NCBI GenBank assembly: GCA_964464055.1
Contig: CAYXEO010000002.1
Span: forward strand, 22,145-86,144
Origin: an uncultured Methanosarcinales archaeon
GTDB lineage: Archaea; Nanobdellota; Nanobdellia; Woesearchaeales; GW2011-AR9
Reading direction: 5' to 3'
Length of the DNA stretch: 64,000 bases
Shown here piece after piece: positions 48,872 to 58,343 of the stretch (the first letter of the stretch is position 1; each line of letters begins with the position of its first letter). Position numbers and translations under genes: made by a program. A model generated the notes under the pieces. The model was not told the origin of the DNA. It searched no databases and was given only the letters and a program-made list of their open reading frames with translations.

Positions 48872-49438
48872 ATGGTTGGATTTTCAAATTTAGCATATTA
48901 TTTTCAAATGTACGGTGTAATGGATTTTTTACTCCCATTTCTGTTAGTGTTTACAATTGTTTTTGCTGTATTACAAAAAACTAAAATTGTTGGTGAAGGA
49001 AAAAAGAATTTTAATGTTATTGTTGCTTTGGTTTTGGCATTAATGTTCGTTGTACCTCATATTATTGGGACATACCCTCTAGGTTATGATCCTGTGGCAG
49101 TTATGAACGCTTCATTACCAAGCATTTCTTTAATTGCTGTGGCTTCAATGATGCTTTTATTATTAATGGGTATTTTTGGTACTGACTTTTCTAAAAAAGC
49201 CGCACCATTTATCGCTTTTGGGGCAATAGGTTTCGTAGCTTATATTTTTGGTTCTGCATTAAACGTTTGGAATGGTCCTTCTTACTTTTTTAATTGGTGG
49301 TCACCACAAACCACAGAATTGATGATCATTATTTTAGTGTTTGGAGTGATTATTTGGTTCATTACTAAAGAAGATGATAAGAAGAGTAAAGGTGATTCTT
49401 TTATGAAGAGTTTAGGAGAATTTTTTGAAAAGAAGTAA
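48872..49438 (+). CDS. 5-TM membrane protein, paralog 2 of 3 (MDFLLPFLLVFTIVFAVLQKTKIVG)
   Basis: 188 aa with the same helix-1 motif and TM layout. An AGGAGG RBS lies 8 nt upstream. Confidence 0.6.
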   Translation: MVGFSNLAYYFQMYGVMDFLLPFLLVFTIVFAVLQKTKIVGEGKKNFNVIVALVLALMFVVPHIIGTYPLGYDPVAVMNASLPSISLIAVASMMLLLLMGIFGTDFSKKAAPFIAFGAIGFVAYIFGSALNVWNGPSYFFNWWSPQTTELMIIILVFGVIIWFITKEDDKKSKGDSFMKSLGEFFEKK

Positions 49439-49465
49439 ATAATTTAAAAGAGGTGTAAAGATAAA

Positions 49466-50020
49466 ATGGCAACAGTTTTGGATGTAAGTTTGATACAATC
49501 GTTTGATATAGTATTCCCTGTGTTATTAGTTTTTGCACTAGTATTTTCTCTTTTACAAAAAACTAAAGCGATTAGTGATTCGGTAGGGATTAATTCTCTT
49601 ATCGCAGTAACAATCGCTTTCATGGTCCTTTTATCAGATACTTTAATTGGGATGATTAATTTTATGACACCCTGGTTTGTAGTTATGATAATCTTTTTAA
49701 TTTTGATGATTTTAATGTTCCAAGTATTTGGCGCAAGTGAATCAGATGTTAAAAGTGTTCTTGGCGATAAGGCAATTCAATGGACATTGGTTGGTGTTGG
49801 TTTAATTATCTTAGTTGCCTCTTTCGGACATGTTTTGGGACAATCGATGATAGAACAAAGTGCTGGTGGTGAGTCTGTTGATGCACTTGTTTCTGCTGAT
49901 GGTACTGCAACAGGTAGTTTTGATCAAAATATTACTGCTATAATGTTCCACCCAAAAGTATTAGGGATGTTGATCATGTTTGCTATAGCTATCTTCGCTG
50001 TTTCTCTTCTTAGTAGTTAA
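49466..50020 (+). CDS. 5-TM membrane protein, paralog 3 of 3 (DIVFPVLLVFALVFSLLQKTKAIS)
   Basis: 184 aa with a diverged copy of the same motif. A GAGG RBS lies upstream. Confidence 0.6.
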   Translation: MATVLDVSLIQSFDIVFPVLLVFALVFSLLQKTKAISDSVGINSLIAVTIAFMVLLSDTLIGMINFMTPWFVVMIIFLILMILMFQVFGASESDVKSVLGDKAIQWTLVGVGLIILVASFGHVLGQSMIEQSAGGESVDALVSADGTATGSFDQNITAIMFHPKVLGMLIMFAIAIFAVSLLSS

Positions 50021-50085
50021 TCCAGAACATATATTTTTTTAATTAATAGTGTAATAAGAAATCAATAAATAATAAAGAATTAGTT

Positions 50086-50655
50086 TTACTCTTTTTTCTT
50101 CATGCCAGAACTAACCTCTTTAAGTTCCTTGACATTATCTACAAAGACCGGAATCACATCTTTAAACACTTTCCCAACAGCTTTAAGTTCAGTACCTACA
50201 TCTTGCATCCGAGTGTCATAATCTTCCAATTTACCTAAAACACCTTGGTGTAATGATTTAAAATCATCTTTGATTTTCTCTAAATCTCCTGCAATCTTGG
50301 TTTGTCGTTCTTCAATTTTAGTTCTCCAATCCATGATTTTTTTCACTTCAGAAATTAGTTCGTCCCACTTCTCATTAATCATGTTTTCCGTAATTTCTTC
50401 AATCCTTTCATAGATGTTACCATCTTCTCCGTTGTCTGCTGGTGGTTGACTTGTTTGTTCTGGGGCAACCAGCCCTGGTGTTGGTTCATTCATTGTTGGC
50501 ATTCCTCCTGCACTTTGGTCAGTTTGACTAATTGCTTGACTTATTTGTTGTGGTGTGTGTCCTTCATTAGTTAATTCTTCAGTAATTAAATTGTCTGTTA
50601 ATCCTTGTGATCTTAATTGGGTCACTTTTTGTAATAAGGGGTTTCCTGCATTCAT
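50086..50655 (-). CDS. hypothetical coiled-coil protein with a Q/P/T-rich linker
   Basis: 189 aa. The C-terminal half shows heptad-like charged repeats (EKWDELISEVKKIMDWRTKIEERQTKIAGDLEKIKDDFKSL). No TM. Confidence 0.45.
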   Translation of the reverse strand: MNAGNPLLQKVTQLRSQGLTDNLITEELTNEGHTPQQISQAISQTDQSAGGMPTMNEPTPGLVAPEQTSQPPADNGEDGNIYERIEEITENMINEKWDELISEVKKIMDWRTKIEERQTKIAGDLEKIKDDFKSLHQGVLGKLEDYDTRMQDVGTELKAVGKVFKDVIPVFVDNVKELKEVSSGMKKKE

Positions 50656-50678
50656 TTTGTATCACCTTTTTTTATATT

Positions 50679-51158
50679 TTATCGAAATGGGCCATGTTTC
50701 TCTGGCTCTTTTTTAATTTCTTGTTTTTGTTCAACTATTGGTTTAGTTGGAACTTCTTTTTTTTCTAACTCTTTAATTTTAGTTTCTACAACTCGTTGCA
50801 AATCTGCTTGAGTAACAAAATTCATTGGGTTCCAGAATTCTAAATATTTTTTAAGTGTCATTACTTCTTCTATCCCTGCGGTTTTTTTAAGTTCTTTAAC
50901 TATCAAATCTAGTTTTTCAGAAATTTTTTCTTTTTCTCGTTTGGCCTGGATAACATCTTCATTAACAGTTTTTAACTCTTTTTTAGTTTCGTTATTCTTT
51001 TTAGTAAACCCATCTTTAAGCATAGTGACCTCTCTCTGCAGATTATTAATTTTACTTTCCAAACTTTTTATCCATAAATAAAGTTTAGCAGTTGTAAATT
51101 CCTGTTCAGCAGGTTTAGTTGCTTTTTTATCAGTAGATTTTTTAGTTCCAAAGTCCAT
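50679..51158 (-). CDS. hypothetical coiled-coil protein
   Basis: 159 aa, K/E-rich heptads, adjacent to and co-oriented with the previous coiled-coil gene. It is divergent from the ATPase gene. Confidence 0.45.
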   Translation of the reverse strand: MDFGTKKSTDKKATKPAEQEFTTAKLYLWIKSLESKINNLQREVTMLKDGFTKKNNETKKELKTVNEDVIQAKREKEKISEKLDLIVKELKKTAGIEEVMTLKKYLEFWNPMNFVTQADLQRVVETKIKELEKKEVPTKPIVEQKQEIKKEPEKHGPFR

Positions 51159-51269
51159 AATGACTAATGTATAGAAAAGAGTATAATAAAGTTATGTGAG
51201 TATTGAGGAGTAGTTTCAAGGGTGTTAGAGTAAATTATTTAAACTCATCTCTTATCTATTATTAAAAAG

Positions 51270-53597
51270 ATGGTGGCCACAGATAAAAAGTGTTTCGAAT
51301 ATGAAACTTACCATGAAGGAGAAAACAAAATTGTTAAAATTAACGCTGAGCGTTGCAATTTTCCTCCTTCAGTGGAGTATAGCGCTCATTGTATGGCAAA
51401 AGTTGTCAATGTTTTGTTAGAAGTTACTGGTGTTACTAACATAATTATATCTCAGTTACGTGATTATGAATATGATTATACACAAACAAAATTACTCCTT
51501 GAATTAGCGTTAGTTTACAAAAAAATTAACAAAGATGATCGGTTAACTTATTCTTTTATTGTTGTAGATCCAATTCATGAAAGATATATCCGGGGTACTT
51601 ATGCCAAGTTCCAAATATTAATCTCTAAATTGTTAAAAGAGGACCCTTTTGCAGCATATGTTAAATTAAAACGGTTAGAACGAAATGAGCATATCAAGTT
51701 AGATAATTTGGTTGATCAACGGCACAAAATTGCTCAACAGAAATTCGTACAGGTTTTACAATTAGCGATAAGCAAAATAGAAAAAATCAATCTAATCAAG
51801 TACTTGATGCCCCACACTCAGGATTATAAAGTTGGTACTAGAGAAATTTACGCTAACACTTTTCACCCAACTACAAGACCAGATTTTATGTATACTAAAC
51901 TTATCACCGAGTTTCCAGAAGGGGAACTGATTGAAGGTTACACTTTTTCTGGTAGTAGTGATCCAGATGCTGGTACTGAGGAAGAGAAAGACCTTTCTGA
52001 AGTCAACATTTTCAATTTTGACGATAATATCAAAACACTTTATCACATAACTCCTCCTGAATTCAAGTTCAAAGAAGAAGTTTACGAACTTTTGGATGAT
52101 GCTAAGAGAATTATGTCTGAACATAAACCTGATCGGGCAGAGTTTGTTGATCCGCAACGAATGAGGGAAGTTTTTTTTAATATCGGGAAAGATTTACTAA
52201 ACGATTTAATTCAAAGTAAAGGTTTAAAATTAAGTGAGGAAAAAGTTGACCAACTTGCCCGAGCATTATTGAGGTACACTGTTGGGTTCGGCCTTATTGA
52301 ACTTTTACTTGCTGACCCAAAAGTACAAGATGTTAATATTAATGCTCCAAATGGTGAATTGCCAATTTTTATTGTTCATCAAGATTACGGTGATTGTTAT
52401 ACTAATGTTTATCCAACACGAGCAGAAGTTGACAGTTGGGCAACCAAACTGCGATTAATTTCCGGCCGTCCTTTAGATGAAGCAAACCCAATCCTTGATA
52501 CAGAACTTACTGTTAAAGGGTTTAGTTCGCGGGTTTCCGCGATAGGTGCACCTTTAAGTCCAGAAGGGTTAGCGTTTTCTTTCCGGAGACACCGAGATCA
52601 TCCTTGGACGTTCCCTTTATATGTTCAAAAAAACATTAGATATATGAATTCTTTAGCGGCAGGACTATTAAATTTCTTGATTGATAATAATGCTACAATT
52701 TTAGTTGCGGGTACAAGATCTAGTGGGAAAAGTAGTTTGTTAGGTAGTTTCTTGATTGAGATGAGTCGAAGAAGTAGAATAATTACAATTGAAGACACTT
52801 TCGAATTACCACAAGAATCGTTACGTGCTTTAGGTTACAATATGGAACCGCTTAAAGTTGCTTCAGCACTTTCTTCTAAAGGTTCTGAAGTTGATCCTTC
52901 CATAGGTATCCGTTCTACGTTACGGATGGGCGATTCAGCAATCTTTGTGGGTGAAGTAAGGAGCACGGAAGCGATTGCACTTTTTGAAGCGATGAGGGTA
53001 GGTGCAGCCGCTAACGTTGTTGCTGGTACTATTCACGCAGATTCTCCTTACGGTGTATATGATAGGGTGGTTAACGATATTGGTGTTCCTAAAACTTCAT
53101 TTAAAGCGATTGACATTATTGTGACAACTAATCCTGTTATTTCTGGGCTAAAAAAATATAAAAGAATTCTTAAAATTACTGAAGTAAGAAAAATGTGGGA
53201 TGAAGACCCATTAAGAGAAGGAGCTTTTGTAGATCTGATGGTTTATAATCCCGTTACTGATGAATTGGAAATGACTGACAGTTTAATCAATGGTGATTCG
53301 GAGATAATTAAACGGATGGCTGGTAAGGTAAAAGAATTCGCAGGTGATTGGGATTCGGTCTGGAACAATATTCAACTAAGAGCAGATTGTAAACAGGCAG
53401 TAGTAGATATTGCGGAAGAAGTTGATGATACTTTTATTTTGGAAGCTGATTTCATTGTCACTGCTAACGACATGTTCCATTTACTTTCTGAAAAATCTTT
53501 AGAGAGAACCGGGAAACTTGACAGTGAACAAATTCTGTTTGAATATAAAGAGTGGTTAAGTAAAGCGGTACGGTTACGTGAGAAGAAAGAGTTTTAG
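51270..53597 (+). CDS. type II/IV secretion-family ATPase (FlaI/VirB11/GspE-like) with a ~320-aa N-terminal extension
   Basis: T2SSE N-domain pattern (VQDVNINAPNGELPIFIVHQDYG...VKGFSSRVSAIGAPLSPEGLAFSFRRH). Walker A AGTRSSGKSS. ITIEDTFEL (FlaI TIEDTPEL box). VGEVRSTEA (Asp box). GTIHADS (His box). Confidence 0.8.
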   Translation: MVATDKKCFEYETYHEGENKIVKINAERCNFPPSVEYSAHCMAKVVNVLLEVTGVTNIIISQLRDYEYDYTQTKLLLELALVYKKINKDDRLTYSFIVVDPIHERYIRGTYAKFQILISKLLKEDPFAAYVKLKRLERNEHIKLDNLVDQRHKIAQQKFVQVLQLAISKIEKINLIKYLMPHTQDYKVGTREIYANTFHPTTRPDFMYTKLITEFPEGELIEGYTFSGSSDPDAGTEEEKDLSEVNIFNFDDNIKTLYHITPPEFKFKEEVYELLDDAKRIMSEHKPDRAEFVDPQRMREVFFNIGKDLLNDLIQSKGLKLSEEKVDQLARALLRYTVGFGLIELLLADPKVQDVNINAPNGELPIFIVHQDYGDCYTNVYPTRAEVDSWATKLRLISGRPLDEANPILDTELTVKGFSSRVSAIGAPLSPEGLAFSFRRHRDHPWTFPLYVQKNIRYMNSLAAGLLNFLIDNNATILVAGTRSSGKSSLLGSFLIEMSRRSRIITIEDTFELPQESLRALGYNMEPLKVASALSSKGSEVDPSIGIRSTLRMGDSAIFVGEVRSTEAIALFEAMRVGAAANVVAGTIHADSPYGVYDRVVNDIGVPKTSFKAIDIIVTTNPVISGLKKYKRILKITEVRKMWDEDPLREGAFVDLMVYNPVTDELEMTDSLINGDSEIIKRMAGKVKEFAGDWDSVWNNIQLRADCKQAVVDIAEEVDDTFILEADFIVTANDMFHLLSEKSLERTGKLDSEQILFEYKEWLSKAVRLREKKEF

Positions 53598-53891
53598 TTT
53601 GTTTTGTGCGAAATATTAATATTTGTTATTTCTTTTGTTGTTGTTTATTATGGTTTGTTTAGATAAATATTTTGGTCTACTTTTTGCTGGTAATATTATC
53701 TCTACTAGAAAAAGTATTAAAAAAATAAGAGAAGAAATTTCAAAATTTTTTGAAAATCGTTTCTAATCACATTATTTGTTTATTTACATTCACAAAAAAT
53801 ATGGTGTGGAGATATTCATTTATGTTATCACATAAAACTTTCTCATTCAAATTTTTTTAAATCACCAAAAAATTTTCATCGTTTGCTTTAT

Positions 53892-54359
53892 TTACATAAA
53901 GCTCTCTAGTGAAAGGTTGATCAAATTCTCTTTAGCTTGCCGTTCTTTGAAAGAAGTGTTGATTTTGATAAATAGTTGATTGTTAATAAAAGTTCTATTT
54001 ATTGGAATATTTTTGTTAATTAATGAAGAAACCAGTTCCGGCATAATTGATAAAGGTAAGTTTGCACGCACTGCAAGTTCTTGATACGATATTGGTAACT
54101 CTTCAGTATAAAGAATCCTGAACATCTTTTTTTCTGTATGATTCAGTGGGATAACTTTTGGTTTGTTTTCAATTTTACCTTCGCTATTTAAAAGTTGTAT
54201 CTGATCCAAACGTTGGGACATTTTTTCAATTTTGTTATCCATGTCGCCCATGTAATCAAAGAGAGCTTGTATCTCGGAAGTGTTCTCGTTTATCGCCAAT
54301 AAATGTTCTTCTAAAGCGAGTCGAACTTGTTTAAAATTATTTTTAATTTCTTCCGTCAT
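53892..54359 (-). CDS. hypothetical protein (possible wHTH regulator)
   Basis: 155 aa. The C-terminal segment ...YQELAVRANLPLSIMPELVSSLINKNIP... is helix-turn-helix-like. Its upstream region carries the palindrome-containing tandem repeat. Confidence 0.35.
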   Translation of the reverse strand: MTEEIKNNFKQVRLALEEHLLAINENTSEIQALFDYMGDMDNKIEKMSQRLDQIQLLNSEGKIENKPKVIPLNHTEKKMFRILYTEELPISYQELAVRANLPLSIMPELVSSLINKNIPINRTFINNQLFIKINTSFKERQAKENLINLSLESFM

Positions 54360-54389
54360 TTGGATATTTTATGAATTTTTTGGGGTTTA

Positions 54390-54603
54390 AATATGTTTCG
54401 AAATTATGTGGGGATGCTCTTAAACCTTTGATAAAAACTCCCCTTGTACATTCTTTAAAACATCTTTTAAAACAACATATTAATTGAGTTCATAGCGAAT
54501 TTAATATGTTTCGAAATTATGTGGGGATGCTCTTAAACCTTTGATAAAAACTCCCCTTATACATTCTTTAAAACATCTTTTAAAACAACATATTAATTGA
54601 GTT
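54390..54603. repeat. near-perfect tandem duplication (2 x 101 nt, 12-nt spacer, 1 mismatch) containing an imperfect palindrome ATATGTTTCGAAATTATGTG
   Basis: Copy 1 is 54390-54490 and copy 2 is 54503-54603. The only difference is cccttGtaca versus cccttAtaca. Each unit also has a GGGGA...TCCCC inverted pair and an A/T-rich TATA-like tract. Confidence 0.85.
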
Positions 54604-54647
54604 TTTCAACCCTATATTTTTTATACTATCTCTTTTTTTAACAACTT

Positions 54648-55274
54648 ATGTCAATCTGTTCACAAAGAGATTTGTCCGTAAAGTTAAGTAAGTTTAAACA
54701 GTTTGAAAATCCATCTTGGGAATTGGAACAGTATGTTACACCTTCACACATTGCCGCTGAATGGGTTTGGAACATGGCACTAAACTCTGAAGTTGCTAGT
54801 AAAACTATTCTTGACGCTGCTTGTGGCCCAGGTATTATTGGGTTGGGACTTTTGTTACTTGGTGCAAAGAAAGTTTATTTTTTAGATAAAGATCAAAGTG
54901 CACTAAACATATGTCAAGAGAATTATACTAAACTAAAACAGGAGTATGAAGTTGGTGAAGCAGAATTTATTTTAGCAGATATTAGTTTGTTCGATGAAGA
55001 AGTTGATGTAGTTGTGCAAAATCCTCCGTTCGGAACTAAGGTTGAACATGCTGATAAGAAATTTTTAGAAAAGGCGTTTACAATTTCTCCGTTGGTTTAT
55101 AGTATGCACAAATATTCTACCAAAAAGTTTGTGGAAGCAATCAGTGTTGATTTTGAGTTTAAAATAACACATGTTTGGCGGTACGAGTTTCCTATTAAAG
55201 CAGAGTTTAAATTTCATGAGAAGCCTGTCAAGTTTATTGATGTAGGGTTGTGGCGGATGGCCAGATTGTTCTGA
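54648..55274 (+). CDS. METTL5-like rRNA N6-adenine methyltransferase (archaeal COG2263 family)
   Basis: Collinear with human METTL5: FENPSWELEQYVTPSHIAA, LDAACGPGIIGLG, VVQNPPFGTK, YSMHKYSTKKFV, FKFHEKPVKFIDVGLWRM. Confidence 0.85.
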   Translation: MSICSQRDLSVKLSKFKQFENPSWELEQYVTPSHIAAEWVWNMALNSEVASKTILDAACGPGIIGLGLLLLGAKKVYFLDKDQSALNICQENYTKLKQEYEVGEAEFILADISLFDEEVDVVVQNPPFGTKVEHADKKFLEKAFTISPLVYSMHKYSTKKFVEAISVDFEFKITHVWRYEFPIKAEFKFHEKPVKFIDVGLWRMARLF

Positions 55275-55277
55275 TGA

Positions 55278-55526
55278 CTAATTCTCAAAAATCCCCCAAA
55301 AAAGAGTCACAAAATCCCAATCGGATTAACTAAAGAAGAAGTGTTCAGACTTTTTGATGTAATTAAGAATTTGAAACACAAATTACTATTAGAACTAATC
55401 TATGTTTTTGGAGTTCGGGCATAAGAAGCAGTGAAAATAAAAATTAAAGATGTCCTAATTAATGAAAAAATTTTGGTCATCCGTTCTGGTAAAGGAAGGA
55501 AAGATCGGAAAACTATTTATCTCTAA
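55278..55526 (+). pseudogene. tyrosine recombinase (integrase) fragment with an internal stop
   Basis: IGLTKEEVFRLFDVIKNLKHKLLLELIYVFGVRA*EAVKIKIKDVLINEKILVIRSGKGRKDRKTIYL* is the start of a Tyr-recombinase catalytic domain (LT.eE...LL..l.y.tGlRisE...L...di......i.i...KtgK.r.vpl). A TAA lies at 55422-55424. The N-terminal core-binding domain and the distal RHRY region are absent. Confidence 0.65.
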
Positions 55527-55639
55527 CAAATTCATTTAACAATTTAACCAAGAACAAGGCCCCCCACGACACTCAATAACAACATTTTTATACTCTTTTT
55601 CTTTTCTATCATTTATCATATTTTTAAAAAGGTGGAGAT

Positions 55640-58303
55640 ATGGCAGAAAAAGAAACTAAAAAAACAATTAATTTATATCATACAGTGAAGACCGAGAAAG
55701 TTTTTGGGAGGTTAAAAACTTCTGAAAAAGGGATTACTAACCATGAAGCTGAACAACGGGCACATTTATATGGGTTAAATGAACTTAAAGCAGAGAAAGA
55801 GATACATCCTTTCAAAATTTTTCTGGAACAATTTGCTAGTCCTTTAGTTTGGATTCTTATTTTCGCTTTATTTGTTTCAATCATTTTACATGAATATGTT
55901 GATGCAGTTGTTATTGGGGTTATCATTGTCTTGAATGCAATTCTTGGTTTTGTACAAGAGTTTCGAGCAGAAAAATCTATCGAAGCGTTACAGAAAATGG
56001 CTTCACCGAAAGCGAAAGTTATCCGTAATGGGAAAGAGATTAAAATTGATAGTAAATTTCTTGTTCCTGGTGATTTGGTAATTCTTGAAACTGGTGATAA
56101 AGTTCCTGCCGATGGTAGATTGGTTGAAGTACACAGTTTGGAAACTCAAGAAGGACCATTAACAGGTGAATCTCAACCAGTAACAAAAAAACTTGACCAA
56201 TTACCAGAAAAAACTTCTTTAGCAGATCGTAAAAACATGGTTTATTCTTCTACAATTGTTGCTAATGGTAGAGGCACAGCGGTAATCACTGCAACAGGTA
56301 TGAACACTGAAGTGGGAAAAATTGCTAAACTAATTACGGAATCACACGAAAAATTAACACCTTTACAAAAAAAGTTGCGTGATTTAGGAAAATATCTTAC
56401 TTATGCAGTTATTGTTGTGGCAATTATGGTTTTCTTAGCTGGAATTTTGTCTGGGCAAGAAATGACTACTATGTTCTTAGTAGCGATTGCACTTGCTGTA
56501 GCAGCGATACCAGAAGGGCTCCCAGCAGTAATTACCATCTCTTTAGCATTAGGTGTCCAGCGGATGATCAAGAAAAATGCCCTGGTCCGTAAACTTCCAT
56601 CGGTAGAAACTCTTGGTAGTGTCAATGTAATTTGTACAGATAAAACAGGAACATTAACCCATAACCAAATGACTGTAACAAAAATTTGGGCTAATGATAC
56701 ACTTTACGATGTTACCGGGTCAGGTTACGAACCGAAAGGCACATTTGTAGTAAACAAAAAGTTAGCTAACCCTTTACCAATCCATCAACTTCTAAAAATT
56801 GGGGCGTTATGTAACGATGCCAAACTTGAACATAAAAATAAAAATATCGAAGTGTTCGGTGATCCAACAGAAGCAGCACTAGTTGTCTCTGCACAAAAGG
56901 CTGGGTTCACACCTAAAGAATTAGTTAAAGAAAAGCGAGTGGATGAAATGCCTTTCACATCTGAACGAAAGATGATGACCACTGTACATAAACTCAATTC
57001 TAGTAAAAATACGGTTGCTTACACTAAAGGTGCGCCGGACGTGGTGATTAATTTATGTAACCGAATTTTGATCAACGGAAAAGTTCGTCGTTTAGATAGG
57101 AACAAGAAAAAAGAACTTTTAACCCAGAACGAAAAATTTGCTAAACAAGCCTTACGGGTATTAGGATTTGCTTACCAAGATAAATACACCAAAAAAGGTG
57201 CTGAGAGAGACATGATTTTTGTTGGGTTACAAGCAATGATAGATCCACCCCGGGAAGAAGTCAAAGATGCTATTAAACGGTGCCATGAAGCAGGTATTAA
57301 AGTTATCATGATCACTGGTGACCACTTAACAACTGCGCAAGCGATTGCCAGTCAGTTAGGCATTACCGGAGATGCAGTTTCAGGTCACGACATTGACAAA
57401 CTAAACTTGGAAACTGCTGTTAAAAAGATTGGCATATTTGCTAGAGTTAGTCCGGAACACAAACTAGACATAGTTAAAGCGTTAAAAAAGAAAGGTAACG
57501 TTGTAGCAATGACTGGGGATGGCGTTAATGATGCTCCTGCACTAAAAAAAGCTGACATTGGTATTTCTATGGGTCTTTCTGGTACAGACGTTGCCAAGGA
57601 AGCTTCTGACATGATTTTGACCGATGACAATTTCACTTCTATTGTTAATTCGGTGGAAGAAGGGCGTGGGATTTTTGATAATATAAGAAAATTTGTAAAT
57701 TATATGCTTTCAAGTAATTTGGGAGAGATCACCGCACTTTTCTTTGCTTCACTTTTGAGTCCGATTTTTTTCCCAGAGTTCGCTACTGCTTTACCATTAA
57801 CAGCGATCCAGATTTTATGGATTAACTTGGTCACTGACGGATTACCTGCGACAGCGCTTAGTTTTGATACACATGCAGATGGTATAATGAAACGTAAACC
57901 ACGACCTGCGCGAGAAAGTATTCTTTCTAAAGAACTTAAATGGGACATCATCTTGTTTGGTGTCTTGATTGGTTTTGGTACTTTGGGACTTTTCTGGGCA
58001 TATTTAGGATCAGGTTTGATGAAAGCGCAAACAGTAGCTTTTACCGCGTTGGTAATATTTGAAGTTGCCAGGTTACACATGATCAGACAGGATTATAATC
58101 TGAGCATGTTCAGTAACAAATGGCTTATTGCTGCTATTGTTGGTTCTGTCTTGTTACATGCGACAACTATTTACACACCGTTAGCGAAAGTGTTCCATAC
58201 TGCACCTTTATCATTGATTGATTGGGGAATTATTTGTTTGTGTGCTTTGGGAATGGTTTTGATTAACAAAGTGATTTTGTTTGTTAAAAAACGGATGAAA
58301 TAA
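55640..58303 (+). CDS. P-type cation-transporting ATPase (type II, Ca2+/PMCA-SERCA-like)
   Basis: TGES, DKTGTLT, KGAPD, MITGDH, TGDGVNDAPAL motifs and ~10 TM helices. 887 aa. Confidence 0.9.
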   Translation: MAEKETKKTINLYHTVKTEKVFGRLKTSEKGITNHEAEQRAHLYGLNELKAEKEIHPFKIFLEQFASPLVWILIFALFVSIILHEYVDAVVIGVIIVLNAILGFVQEFRAEKSIEALQKMASPKAKVIRNGKEIKIDSKFLVPGDLVILETGDKVPADGRLVEVHSLETQEGPLTGESQPVTKKLDQLPEKTSLADRKNMVYSSTIVANGRGTAVITATGMNTEVGKIAKLITESHEKLTPLQKKLRDLGKYLTYAVIVVAIMVFLAGILSGQEMTTMFLVAIALAVAAIPEGLPAVITISLALGVQRMIKKNALVRKLPSVETLGSVNVICTDKTGTLTHNQMTVTKIWANDTLYDVTGSGYEPKGTFVVNKKLANPLPIHQLLKIGALCNDAKLEHKNKNIEVFGDPTEAALVVSAQKAGFTPKELVKEKRVDEMPFTSERKMMTTVHKLNSSKNTVAYTKGAPDVVINLCNRILINGKVRRLDRNKKKELLTQNEKFAKQALRVLGFAYQDKYTKKGAERDMIFVGLQAMIDPPREEVKDAIKRCHEAGIKVIMITGDHLTTAQAIASQLGITGDAVSGHDIDKLNLETAVKKIGIFARVSPEHKLDIVKALKKKGNVVAMTGDGVNDAPALKKADIGISMGLSGTDVAKEASDMILTDDNFTSIVNSVEEGRGIFDNIRKFVNYMLSSNLGEITALFFASLLSPIFFPEFATALPLTAIQILWINLVTDGLPATALSFDTHADGIMKRKPRPARESILSKELKWDIILFGVLIGFGTLGLFWAYLGSGLMKAQTVAFTALVIFEVARLHMIRQDYNLSMFSNKWLIAAIVGSVLLHATTIYTPLAKVFHTAPLSLIDWGIICLCALGMVLINKVILFVKKRMK

Positions 58304-58335
58304 TTTATTTATTTATTTATTTATTTATTTATTTT
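58303..58335. repeat. (ATTT)8 microsatellite
   Basis: atttatttatttatttatttatttatttatttttt, directly after the ATPase stop. Confidence 0.85.
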
Positions 58336-58343
58336 TTAAAAAA

